Origin: an uncultured virus (IMG/VR IMGVR_UViG_3300028840_005337)
Lineage: Duplodnaviria > Heunggongvirae > Uroviricota > Caudoviricetes
Strand: one strand, 5' to 3'
Virus record (IMG/VR): IMGVR_UViG_3300028840_005337
Span: 1 to 64,000 of that record
DNA: 64,000 nucleotides
In this document: positions 20,077 through 28,918 of the stretch, in pieces
How positions within the stretch are numbered: the stretch's first letter is position 1
How the letters are laid out: each line of letters begins with the position of its first letter
Notes under the pieces: model-generated
Seen by the model: only the letters and a program-made list of their open reading frames with translations
What the model was told of the DNA's origin: nothing
Databases searched by the model: none
Position numbers and translations under genes: made by a program

Positions 20077-21731
20077 TGTCTTATGCCTCAATGCGGTTCC
20101 GCCTCTGGGCGGACATCGGCGGAACGATCGTGGAGCTGAACCAGTTTGCGTGTTCGTATGAGATGAACCGCATCCCCAGCTGCACCGCCGTCTTGCCTGT
20201 GGGGTACTATGTCTTGCCTCCCCACCCTCCGGCAACGACACACACCGTCGACAACCAGGAGATGCTGCAGATCCCGCTGAAGGTCTACATCCAGGTGACG
20301 TTCATCAGCGGCGACCAGACGGCGATCATCCCTGTGGGTACGTACCTGATCTTCTGCGGCTGGGTGACGGGCGTGGGCTACCGGAAGACGTACAGCAGCT
20401 ACGCCATGACGATCGAGGGCACGCACTGGCTGTCTGCCCTCTCGTTCTCGTCGACCATGAGCGAGACGAGCAACCCATTGAACCCGACGCAGTTCATCTT
20501 CAACTCCAGAATCATCCTGGACCCGGGCGGCGGCGGGCTTGGCCATTTCAACGGCCGCACCGCAGCGCAGGCCGTGGTGACAGCCGCGAACCTCACCAAT
20601 GACATGTGGGGAGACGCCTTGAAGCCGTGGTTCCTGGAGCTGGCAGCTCAGGATCGTATCAATCGGGTGCAGTTCCTGGCGCTGGGCGGCAACGTTGGCA
20701 ACGACGGTAACGGTGGCGAGGCACAGGACGCACTCAACATCATCGACGGGCCACTTGAGTTCGACGACGCTGGGCTGGACGGGAACCAGGCGGCCCTCGC
20801 CATCGCCGACGACATCGCCGTGTCGACGCTGACCCCGTCGTCAGTGGGCAACACGCTGATGGCGATGGCCAATACCACATTCTGGGACAAGATCATCGGG
20901 TCGCTGGCGCCGAACTACATGTTCGCGCTGATCCCGTACCCGACGAAGGCCAAGATCGTCCCGTTCATCCCGGGGCTGAATGAGTTCTGGGACCCGTACG
21001 GTCTCGGCTACACGATCCTGGCACGAGACATGGCCACGCAGGATATGAATGCCCACCTGCCGCGCGCCACCCGCTCGGTCGGCCTCTTCGGCGGACGTGG
21101 ATTGCGGGCGGGCTCCGACGCCCGCGGCAAGCAGGGCGAGAACGTGAACCTCACGATTGGCGGACAGTACGTCGGCCGCGAGGACGGCATTGTCATCATG
21201 CGGCAGGCGCCGACCTGGGCCACGAACTACATCATCCCGTGCATCTTCTCAGCCGACTCGCAGGCGATCGGGGCCGGCAAGACTCGCGGCAACGCCTTCA
21301 ACCACCCCGGCAACGGCGCGGCACCGTCGAGTCAGGATCCGAAGATCATCAAGGCGGACACGGAGACGCTGCTGAACCGCCTCGCGCACAGCATGTACGT
21401 GACGGAGCTGCTCAAGAACCGCTACGGCGACATCTCCGGGCCGGTCCGGTTCGACATTGCGCCGGGTACGACGATCAAGATGGAAGGCACCGCGGGAGCG
21501 TACAACGATCCGGGCGAGGCGCGGTACGGTTCCGTGGTTCGAACCAGCCACTTCTTCCAGGCGCAGCAGCAGAAGTGCTATTCTGCATTCCGCCTGGCGC
21601 ATATCCGCACACAGACCGAGTTCGACAGCCCGAACTTCAGCGTGCCGCGGCATCCGCTGTACGTCAACAAGTTCATCGGCGATTACAATCTGGAACTGGG
21701 CGCTGAATGTCCAGAAATTGGAGAAGAATAA
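20076..21731 (+). CDS. Baseplate hub-like protein
   Basis: LIFCGWVTGV N-terminal motif and GPVRFDIAPGTTIKM C-terminal motif, typical of hub proteins. Confidence 0.5.
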   Translation: MSYASMRFRLWADIGGTIVELNQFACSYEMNRIPSCTAVLPVGYYVLPPHPPATTHTVDNQEMLQIPLKVYIQVTFISGDQTAIIPVGTYLIFCGWVTGVGYRKTYSSYAMTIEGTHWLSALSFSSTMSETSNPLNPTQFIFNSRIILDPGGGGLGHFNGRTAAQAVVTAANLTNDMWGDALKPWFLELAAQDRINRVQFLALGGNVGNDGNGGEAQDALNIIDGPLEFDDAGLDGNQAALAIADDIAVSTLTPSSVGNTLMAMANTTFWDKIIGSLAPNYMFALIPYPTKAKIVPFIPGLNEFWDPYGLGYTILARDMATQDMNAHLPRATRSVGLFGGRGLRAGSDARGKQGENVNLTIGGQYVGREDGIVIMRQAPTWATNYIIPCIFSADSQAIGAGKTRGNAFNHPGNGAAPSSQDPKIIKADTETLLNRLAHSMYVTELLKNRYGDISGPVRFDIAPGTTIKMEGTAGAYNDPGEARYGSVVRTSHFFQAQQQKCYSAFRLAHIRTQTEFDSPNFSVPRHPLYVNKFIGDYNLELGAECPEIGEE

Positions 21732-22471
21732 TGCCAAAGAACCTGCTCGAACCAGAATACCAGGACGCCTACAACAACTGGATGGCCGACCCGAGCAAAA
21801 CCAACACCGGCGCCATGCTTAAGGCCGTAAACCCGGTGCTCGACTCGGCGATGCGTGCCTACGGCGGTCCGTCGGCCTCCAGTGTCACGCTGAAATCCCA
21901 GGCCAAGAAGATGGCCATCGAGGCAATGGGCACATACGACCCCAGCAAGGCCCCGCTGACATCGCACCTGATGACGCGGCTGCAGCGTCTCCGCCGGACC
22001 GCCGCGCAGCAGCGGCAGATCGTACGGATGCCGGAGCAGGTGGCGCTCGACCAGATGCAGACGGAGGCCGCGTACAAGGAGCTCGAGGATGACCTCGGTC
22101 GTCCGCCGTCGGACAAGGAGCTGGCGAACTTCACCGGCCTGTCGGTCAAGCGGCTTGAGTACATCCGCAGCGGCACCCGGCCGATGGCGGCCAGCACGAT
22201 CACCCAGATGACTGAGGAGGGTGGCGGCGGGTACGATCCGAGCGTCAAGCCGATGGTGGAGGACGACAGTGCGTGGCTGGAGCTGGTCTACGACGACATC
22301 GACGAGACCAACCAGTACATCATGGAGCGTGTGCTGGGGATGCATGGCCACAAGCCGCACAAGCCCAGCCAGGTCGCCAGGATGCTCAAGATCAGCCCGG
22401 CGGCAGTCAGCCACCGGATGGCGCAGATCCAGGCCAAACTCGACAAACGTGACGAGTTAGACATGATCTAG
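21731..22471 (+). CDS. RNA polymerase sigma-70 family sigma factor (FliA/SigF-like architecture)
   Basis: Region 2 (AIEAMGTYDPSK), region 3 (LGRPPSDKELANFTGLS), region 4 HTH (SQVARMLKISPAAVSHR). Confidence 0.85.
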   Translation: MPKNLLEPEYQDAYNNWMADPSKTNTGAMLKAVNPVLDSAMRAYGGPSASSVTLKSQAKKMAIEAMGTYDPSKAPLTSHLMTRLQRLRRTAAQQRQIVRMPEQVALDQMQTEAAYKELEDDLGRPPSDKELANFTGLSVKRLEYIRSGTRPMAASTITQMTEEGGGGYDPSVKPMVEDDSAWLELVYDDIDETNQYIMERVLGMHGHKPHKPSQVARMLKISPAAVSHRMAQIQAKLDKRDELDMI

Positions 22472-22511
22472 GCGCTTAACTCGACAAATATTACGACTTA
22501 CAGGTGATCTC

Positions 22512-22931
22512 ATGGCAACGCCCGACACCAACTTCACGCAGCTGATGGACGACATGCAGAGCTTTGCGGACAAGACGCACAAGTATCTGACCCAGGACGG
22601 TACGCAGCGTCTGTGGATGATCCCCACCAACGCAAGCTCGCACGATCCGACCGACATCCAGTCGCTGGAGGACGGGTTCGACCGCAGCACACTGAATGCA
22701 AACTACGCTGCTGAGTACAATGGCAGCGGCGAGGACCATGTCCGGGTGGTCATGGGCACCAACATGCAGATCTGTTACATGGGTATGATGGAGCGGGCCT
22801 TCCGCGAGCGCCACCGCACCGCCTGCCGCCCGTTCTCCCACCTGGCCGGGCGCAAGAAGGCCCACGGCATTGCCGATGGCGTCCACAAGGGCTCTGTCTG
22901 GAAGCACGTGGATGACACGTTCAAGTCGTAG
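22512..22931 (+). CDS. Hypothetical protein
   Basis: AGGTG RBS; in operon. Confidence 0.55.
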   Translation: MATPDTNFTQLMDDMQSFADKTHKYLTQDGTQRLWMIPTNASSHDPTDIQSLEDGFDRSTLNANYAAEYNGSGEDHVRVVMGTNMQICYMGMMERAFRERHRTACRPFSHLAGRKKAHGIADGVHKGSVWKHVDDTFKS

Positions 22932-22940
22932 GAGTGCAGG

Positions 22941-23360
22941 ATGTATGACATTGAGCTCTGGCACGTCGAGCCCGACGGCATGGTGACCGCGGCCGGACTG
23001 ACCGGCGTGCCGATCTCCGGCATCAGGAAGCTGGTACAGCGCTGGCTGATCGCTTTCCTGCAGGACCCGGACTCCAAGCTGTACAAGCATCGTCGGATCC
23101 CGTACGGCACCTACTTTATGCCGCAGCTCCGAAAGGGTATGATGCGGTCAGAGATGGACGTGGTGGGCGGCTTCGCGCTGTCCAGGGCTATGGTACGCGG
23201 CGCGTTGGAGAGCGAGCAGCGGCCGACCGATCCGCCGGACGAGCTCTACAAGGACTCGACGCTCAACAAGATCGAGCTGATGCCAGGACAAATGCATCTG
23301 CACATCACCATCGAGAGTCACGTGGACCAGATGGATATCGTCTTACCGATTGCAGTATAA
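22941..23360 (+). CDS. Baseplate wedge gp25/gp46-like protein
   Basis: ISGIRKLVQRW...YGT motif; precedes baseplate J-like gene. Confidence 0.55.
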   Translation: MYDIELWHVEPDGMVTAAGLTGVPISGIRKLVQRWLIAFLQDPDSKLYKHRRIPYGTYFMPQLRKGMMRSEMDVVGGFALSRAMVRGALESEQRPTDPPDELYKDSTLNKIELMPGQMHLHITIESHVDQMDIVLPIAV

Positions 23361-23370
23361 AGGAAGCACA

Positions 23371-24900
23371 ATGGAACTCCCGCATCTGAACGATCTCCCG
23401 CCGGAGACCGTCGACAAAGCGCGTGAATTCGCCCAACAGTTCCTCCAGGAGCGCTATCCGGACATGGAGCTGGACCGGGGCATGCTCGGAGAGCTGGTGA
23501 CCGGTATGCATGCCGTTATGCATGCTGCGAATCTGGAGATGATCGAGCGGTTCCGCCGATCGCTGAGCCTGGCGCTGGTCGAAGAGGACCCCTCCCGCAC
23601 CTACCGGGAGGTCACCGACGGATGGTTGAACAGCTTCGGCATCCAGCGGGACCCGGCCGGCTTCGCTTCTGGCCGCGTGCTGGTAGTCTTCGACCGCCCA
23701 GACCGGCAGATCTTCTCCAAAGACAACCGCTGGATCAGCGGCGGCAACCACTTCGAAGTGGACGTGCACACAGAGGTCGAACCGGTGCCTGTCGACAACA
23801 ACCGCTGGATCTACGACATCAACGTCCACGCAATGCACCCAGGCCCGGGCAGCAAGCTGCGCGCCAACACCAAGCTGGCCCCGCTGCATCCGCCGACCGG
23901 CTTCGTCGAGGCGTGGGCGATCGAGGACTTCGAGGGCGGTGAGTCGGCAGCGAGCACTGCTGACCTGGCCCAGCAGCTGAAAACCCGTGCGGCCCCGCCT
24001 GGGTTCGCTAACCGCCAGACAATTACATCGCTAATCCGCGGCATCAACCACGACTGCAGCACGGTAGAGGATGTGTCCGTGGTCGGCGCCAACGACAAGG
24101 AGATGACCAGGGACGGCGGGCACGGCGGGAAGATTGACATCTACGTCAGGTCGGCCAAATACCCTGTGGTGCGGCACCTGCTGAAGACAGCGAAGGAGAT
24201 CGGGCCGGACAACCTCTACGCCATCAACATCGACGCGTCGGACGCCCCGGGCTACTACCGCATCCAGAACTTGCGGCAGCTCAGCCAAGGCCTGCAGGAG
24301 CCCCACATCCCAATCCGCAAAGACATACGCCTCATCGACGAGCACGCAGGCGGGCGGAACGGCACGACCGTTCTGGCTACCAGGGACGCCGTCTACACGT
24401 GCTACCAGCGTGGGCAGATCAAGTTCAAGGACCCCAACCCGCCGGAGGATCTGCAGTACACCTGCCAGGCGCTGATGATGCCGTGGCTTGACCAGATCCA
24501 GAGACACATCGACCACCCGGATATCCGGCCGCCGGCTGCCGACGTGCTGATCCGCGCGCCGATACCGTGCTTCGTCACCGTCTACATCAGCCTGTACAAG
24601 ACGCACGACGTCGTCACGGATCACTTGGAGATCGCTCTCAAGTCTGAGGTCGCCAACCTCGTGAATTCGCAGGGCATTAGTGGTAAGCTATTTGTGAACG
24701 ACATCGTGGCCAAGCTCGGCCCAATGCTGCCACCCAACGTGAAGCTCGAGGACGTCTCCGTGGATGGAGTTGTGAAGCACTTGGACGGAGACGACGACAC
24801 CCTCGTTGACGTGTCTGACATCCTGACGGCCACGCGAAACGACAAGACGATCGCCATGTTTTGCGAGCCAGAGTCAGTCCGAATCGACTACTACCGTTAG
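23371..24900 (+). CDS. Baseplate J-like wedge protein
   Basis: FGIQR..AGFASGRV, FEGG, DVSVVG..DKEMTRD, GGKIDIYVR motifs. Confidence 0.65.
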   Translation: MELPHLNDLPPETVDKAREFAQQFLQERYPDMELDRGMLGELVTGMHAVMHAANLEMIERFRRSLSLALVEEDPSRTYREVTDGWLNSFGIQRDPAGFASGRVLVVFDRPDRQIFSKDNRWISGGNHFEVDVHTEVEPVPVDNNRWIYDINVHAMHPGPGSKLRANTKLAPLHPPTGFVEAWAIEDFEGGESAASTADLAQQLKTRAAPPGFANRQTITSLIRGINHDCSTVEDVSVVGANDKEMTRDGGHGGKIDIYVRSAKYPVVRHLLKTAKEIGPDNLYAINIDASDAPGYYRIQNLRQLSQGLQEPHIPIRKDIRLIDEHAGGRNGTTVLATRDAVYTCYQRGQIKFKDPNPPEDLQYTCQALMMPWLDQIQRHIDHPDIRPPAADVLIRAPIPCFVTVYISLYKTHDVVTDHLEIALKSEVANLVNSQGISGKLFVNDIVAKLGPMLPPNVKLEDVSVDGVVKHLDGDDDTLVDVSDILTATRNDKTIAMFCEPESVRIDYYR

Positions 24901-25063
24901 CGCGAGATAGTTAAAGACTTTTATGAATAACTGCCCACTTACATAAGCGGCCCCTCGGACGTTACCCCCATACCCCTGTACGTACAAATGCCGTACACGC
25001 AACTCAAAGCAGGCCAACGACTTAGAATTTTGTGTAACGCAAAGGGGGTGTAGTGTATATCCT

Positions 25064-26047
25064 ATGAGCACTTACATAAGCCCGAGCGGTGCCCCACACA
25101 ACCCCCGTATTTTTCACGACCCAAGCACAATTCTTGGTGTCCTAGGCTCTTTGTGGACAAAGACTTACGGCGACGGCTTAGTCGTTGAGAATATGGCGCA
25201 GACAGTTTTGCAAAATTTTACGCAAGAGTACCTGAATCTCTGCGAGACGGCAGCTTGTGTGTCACGATTCGACATTCCGCTGTACCACACTGAGAACTGG
25301 GCGCTGCTCGAACTACACCGCAGCGGGGTGCGCAACGATAGTCTAGGGTGCGCAACGCTAAAACTTCCTGGGCCGGTCGACGTGCGGTTGCTGATGAACA
25401 GGATCATAGAACCTAGCGTAGTACTTTGTCCGGGCACTGACTTTTATGTGGAGAAAGGGTACATCACCTTCCGCAAGAACCCTTTCGACAACCCGCTGAT
25501 CCCCCAAGATGGGGACGGCACCCTCGCGCTGTGGGGCTTCCGCGCAGAATACGACTACGAATATCTCTACAACCACTTCGGTTACCTGCTGGGATTGCGT
25601 ATGTCGACCAGCCAAGAGTACAAAGATACTATCAATGCCATCATGGATGCGCTGTCCGAAGGGCTCACACTGACCAAGCTCAATGCCATCCTGGCCATCA
25701 TGACGGGCACCCCATTGGTAAAGGAGCCCAAGGAGATCGTTCAGAGCCTCTCAGAGGACCGTAGAGGGCCGTTCGTGGTCACGGACCACAATGTCTACCG
25801 TTTGCCGCCGAGGGCCGCGTACGGGCTCCACAGAGGCTCTGAGCTGCTGTGCGGCCAACAGCTGGTCCCCGAGTACCGCGTCTACGAGCCTGGCCGCGGC
25901 GACGACATTAGCGAGTTTACCCAACTTACCTTGCCCAGTACTAGCAACGCTATCGTGATAATGACGCGGCACGCCGACATCGATCTGGACCTGCTCCGGC
26001 AGATCCTGCCGCCGGAGCTGTCGGTACACGCCGTCAAGGGGCCGTAA
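25064..26047 (+). CDS. Putative baseplate wedge/tail protein
   Basis: Follows baseplate J-like gene; LYNHFGYLLGL motif. Confidence 0.45.
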   Translation: MSTYISPSGAPHNPRIFHDPSTILGVLGSLWTKTYGDGLVVENMAQTVLQNFTQEYLNLCETAACVSRFDIPLYHTENWALLELHRSGVRNDSLGCATLKLPGPVDVRLLMNRIIEPSVVLCPGTDFYVEKGYITFRKNPFDNPLIPQDGDGTLALWGFRAEYDYEYLYNHFGYLLGLRMSTSQEYKDTINAIMDALSEGLTLTKLNAILAIMTGTPLVKEPKEIVQSLSEDRRGPFVVTDHNVYRLPPRAAYGLHRGSELLCGQQLVPEYRVYEPGRGDDISEFTQLTLPSTSNAIVIMTRHADIDLDLLRQILPPELSVHAVKGP

Positions 26048-27822
26048 TGAGCGCACCACAATCATGCTCGATGCCGACGTTCGATTTCGGCATGCACATC
26101 AGCACTTCCGAATTCAGCATGGTCGCGATGGACTGTGCTGTTTGGCGGTGGTGCCCGTGCGATGGCGATACGGACTGGATGCACTGCTCGATGCAGGCGT
26201 CGGTGTGTGAGGCTGCGGAGAACAACGGGCCGGAGTGCGGCGGCGACGGGACCTGGGAGTTTGTCTGCGGCGACGAGTCGATCGGTCCGCCGTGCATCAC
26301 CGGGAGGTTCTACGGCGAGGGCGTCGTGATCTGCCGGTGCCCGACGGACCCGGAGCAGAGCAGCACCAGCTTGTACGAACCAGAGATCTCCGTCGGCGAA
26401 TGGTCCTGCTCCGGCGCGCCGCCCGGGCCGTTCCCGTGGTTCGTCGACTGGGGTCCGTACTCGCCCGGCGGATATGTCCCGGATATCCTATTCGCCGACG
26501 ACCCGCCCGGACCGGGGGCTAAAGGCGCGTGGACATGGTGTCCATGTAGCGGCGAAGTCCAGATGTCCAACTCGATCGGTGACTGCCCGTTCCCGGGCAA
26601 CTGCGATAGCGATTCCGCGGGGCCTGGCGAATGGCTCTTCCGCGGAGGTTCGTCGGATCTCGGTCCGCCGCCGATCGTCGGCCGGTTCTACGGCGAGACA
26701 GTGTTCATCGGCTTCTGCTGCCAGGACGAGACGAGCACGGAGATGTCCTCGTATGTACCGGAGACGTCGGACAGCTGCTCCATGCCGGAGTTCCCGTTCT
26801 TCTGGTGGGACATGGATCTCGAGCTGATCCCGGAGGGCTGGAACGACGACGGCGCCGGCTGCGGGCTCGACGGGATCTGCGGCGGGTGGATCTGGTGTCC
26901 CTGCAACGAGGCGGCTGATCCGTGCGCCATCACGTACCCCAGCAACCCAACATGCCCATTCCCAGGGACGTCGACACAGATCGATCCGGGTGAGTGGCTG
27001 CCGTACGAAGGGGGTGAAGACCCCGGACCGCCGCCGATCAAGGGACGGTTCTACGGCGAGCTCGTGTATTACTGCGCCTGCGAGGTGCAGGAGAGCGTGT
27101 CGGTGTCGTCGTCGTCCTCGTTCGCCGCCGACTGTGCCTGCGAGCTGTCCGGACTGGAAGTCACGGGCAACATGTCGCCGAACGTGACTGGGATCTACAA
27201 CGTGGGCGGCTGGTACAACGGCCAGCTGTACTACACCAGCTGCGACGTGCCGGGCTACTACATCGTCTTCGATGACGATCCGTTCTCGCCGTCGTGGTGG
27301 CTGCAAGACACGCCGCCCGGGACGCCGTATGACACGTACGCCTGGCAGATGTACGTGGTCGCAATCGGCGATCCGCCAACCGGTTCGTACTCAAACTACG
27401 GCGCCGGGAGCGGTGACGCCACGGTAGATTGCTGCAGCAACTGCCTCACGGACTGCAGCAACTGCCAGTCGACGGCGACGCTGAGCATCTCGGGGCTGAG
27501 CGGCAGCATTTGTAGTGGGATGAACGGGAACATCTCGCTGGCCAAGACCGGGTCGGGCACGGACTGCTACTACTTCGCTACCAACTTCCCGTCCACGTGC
27601 ATCCAGGCATCGTACTGGTTGACCTGTGACTGCGGCGCCTGGGTCGTGTCCATCCAGGGGTCGTCGTGTGGGCCCGGCTTCGACAAGGAGCCGGGCTGGA
27701 CGAGCGAGCCGCGCGAGCCGTCAGGGGCATCGCGGTGCCCGCCGACCGGCGCCTACACGATGCACATTTCCATTGATGACTGTCCGAGCCAGATACCAAC
27801 CGTCAGTGTGAGTTTCCCGTAA
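26047..27822 (+). CDS. Cys/Pro/Trp-rich repeat protein, putative virion appendage
   Basis: Three repeats of WxWCPC...G(T/E)W...GPPxIxGRFYGE; Ser-rich linkers. Confidence 0.6.
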   Translation: MSAPQSCSMPTFDFGMHISTSEFSMVAMDCAVWRWCPCDGDTDWMHCSMQASVCEAAENNGPECGGDGTWEFVCGDESIGPPCITGRFYGEGVVICRCPTDPEQSSTSLYEPEISVGEWSCSGAPPGPFPWFVDWGPYSPGGYVPDILFADDPPGPGAKGAWTWCPCSGEVQMSNSIGDCPFPGNCDSDSAGPGEWLFRGGSSDLGPPPIVGRFYGETVFIGFCCQDETSTEMSSYVPETSDSCSMPEFPFFWWDMDLELIPEGWNDDGAGCGLDGICGGWIWCPCNEAADPCAITYPSNPTCPFPGTSTQIDPGEWLPYEGGEDPGPPPIKGRFYGELVYYCACEVQESVSVSSSSSFAADCACELSGLEVTGNMSPNVTGIYNVGGWYNGQLYYTSCDVPGYYIVFDDDPFSPSWWLQDTPPGTPYDTYAWQMYVVAIGDPPTGSYSNYGAGSGDATVDCCSNCLTDCSNCQSTATLSISGLSGSICSGMNGNISLAKTGSGTDCYYFATNFPSTCIQASYWLTCDCGAWVVSIQGSSCGPGFDKEPGWTSEPREPSGASRCPPTGAYTMHISIDDCPSQIPTVSVSFP

Positions 27823-28898
27823 TGTCCACGATTGTCTACACGCTATTGTCGCACCGCGGAGACATGCTGCAGGCGCAGCTGAAGATGATCCGCGAGAACA
27901 TGAACGATGTGTCACGCATCGTTGCCGTGCAGGGTCCGTTCGGGACGAACCCTTGGATCTCTGCAGGGACCAAGATGATGACCCCGGTGAAGGCAGAGGA
28001 GCTCGGCATCGAGTTGCTGACCGGTGCCCAGGTCGTCGGCGGCTTCCAGATCTCCCACCGGGTACCGCTGCTCATCAACCAGTGCATCGAACACGCGCTG
28101 GCGCAGCCCGAGCGGTTCATGGCGGTGTTTCACGGGGACCTGGTGCCCTATTTGAAGACAGATGCACGCGTACTGCTGTCCGACTTTGAAGTTGCGGCGC
28201 GCGGCGCGGCAATGCCAGAGGGCCAGCGGATATGGCCTACCTGGTTCGCCTTGGATACTGAGGCGCCGCGCGCCCAGAAGACACGGCTGCATCGGTTCTA
28301 CCTGGTCGGCGGAGCCGCGTCCAAGCTATGGCGGGCGCACCAGGCGACGCAGTTCACGCACGAGCTGCCCGACAGCCTGCAGACGCTGCCGCAGCTGGCC
28401 ACGTACCGGTACGAATGGTGTGAGCCCACGCTACTACACTTGAACCAGATGACTGTAGTCGACGACGATGCCAACGCACATAAGCTGGACGGGTTAGAGG
28501 AGGCGTCCGGCGTGTCGCTACCACGTGGCGACGTGTGCGTTGAAATCGTCAACACCGGCGACCTGCCGTTCTTCCGGCCGAAGCGGATCGGACCGATGGC
28601 CCGGACGCCTGTGAAGAGCGCCAAGTTGTCCTCCAACTACGTGACCAAGTTCGTACTCGCCATGCAGAACTGGGTCACCGCCGGCACGCCGGAGCGGAAC
28701 GACGAGGAGCGGATCTACATCTACAACGAGTGCTGCCTCAAGTGTCCCAATCTAGTGGACAACACGTGCACATCGTGCGGCTCGAGCGTTCGCGGCGACG
28801 AGCCGGGAGTCACCAGTCGTTTGACGCAGGTCAGCGACAAGCCTATCCTCAACAAGATACGGATGGCAACCGAACACTGTCCTATCTGGCAGTGGTAG
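27822..28898 (+). CDS. Hypothetical protein with C-terminal Cys cluster
   Basis: CLKCP...CTSCG...KIRMATEHCPIWQW. Confidence 0.55.
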   Translation: MSTIVYTLLSHRGDMLQAQLKMIRENMNDVSRIVAVQGPFGTNPWISAGTKMMTPVKAEELGIELLTGAQVVGGFQISHRVPLLINQCIEHALAQPERFMAVFHGDLVPYLKTDARVLLSDFEVAARGAAMPEGQRIWPTWFALDTEAPRAQKTRLHRFYLVGGAASKLWRAHQATQFTHELPDSLQTLPQLATYRYEWCEPTLLHLNQMTVVDDDANAHKLDGLEEASGVSLPRGDVCVEIVNTGDLPFFRPKRIGPMARTPVKSAKLSSNYVTKFVLAMQNWVTAGTPERNDEERIYIYNECCLKCPNLVDNTCTSCGSSVRGDEPGVTSRLTQVSDKPILNKIRMATEHCPIWQW

Positions 28899-28918
28899 AT
28901 TTTATTCACAGGAATAAA

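Noticed and set aside
24901..25063. AT-rich gap as a replication origin
   Set aside because: No iterons or DnaA boxes seen; more likely a promoter region
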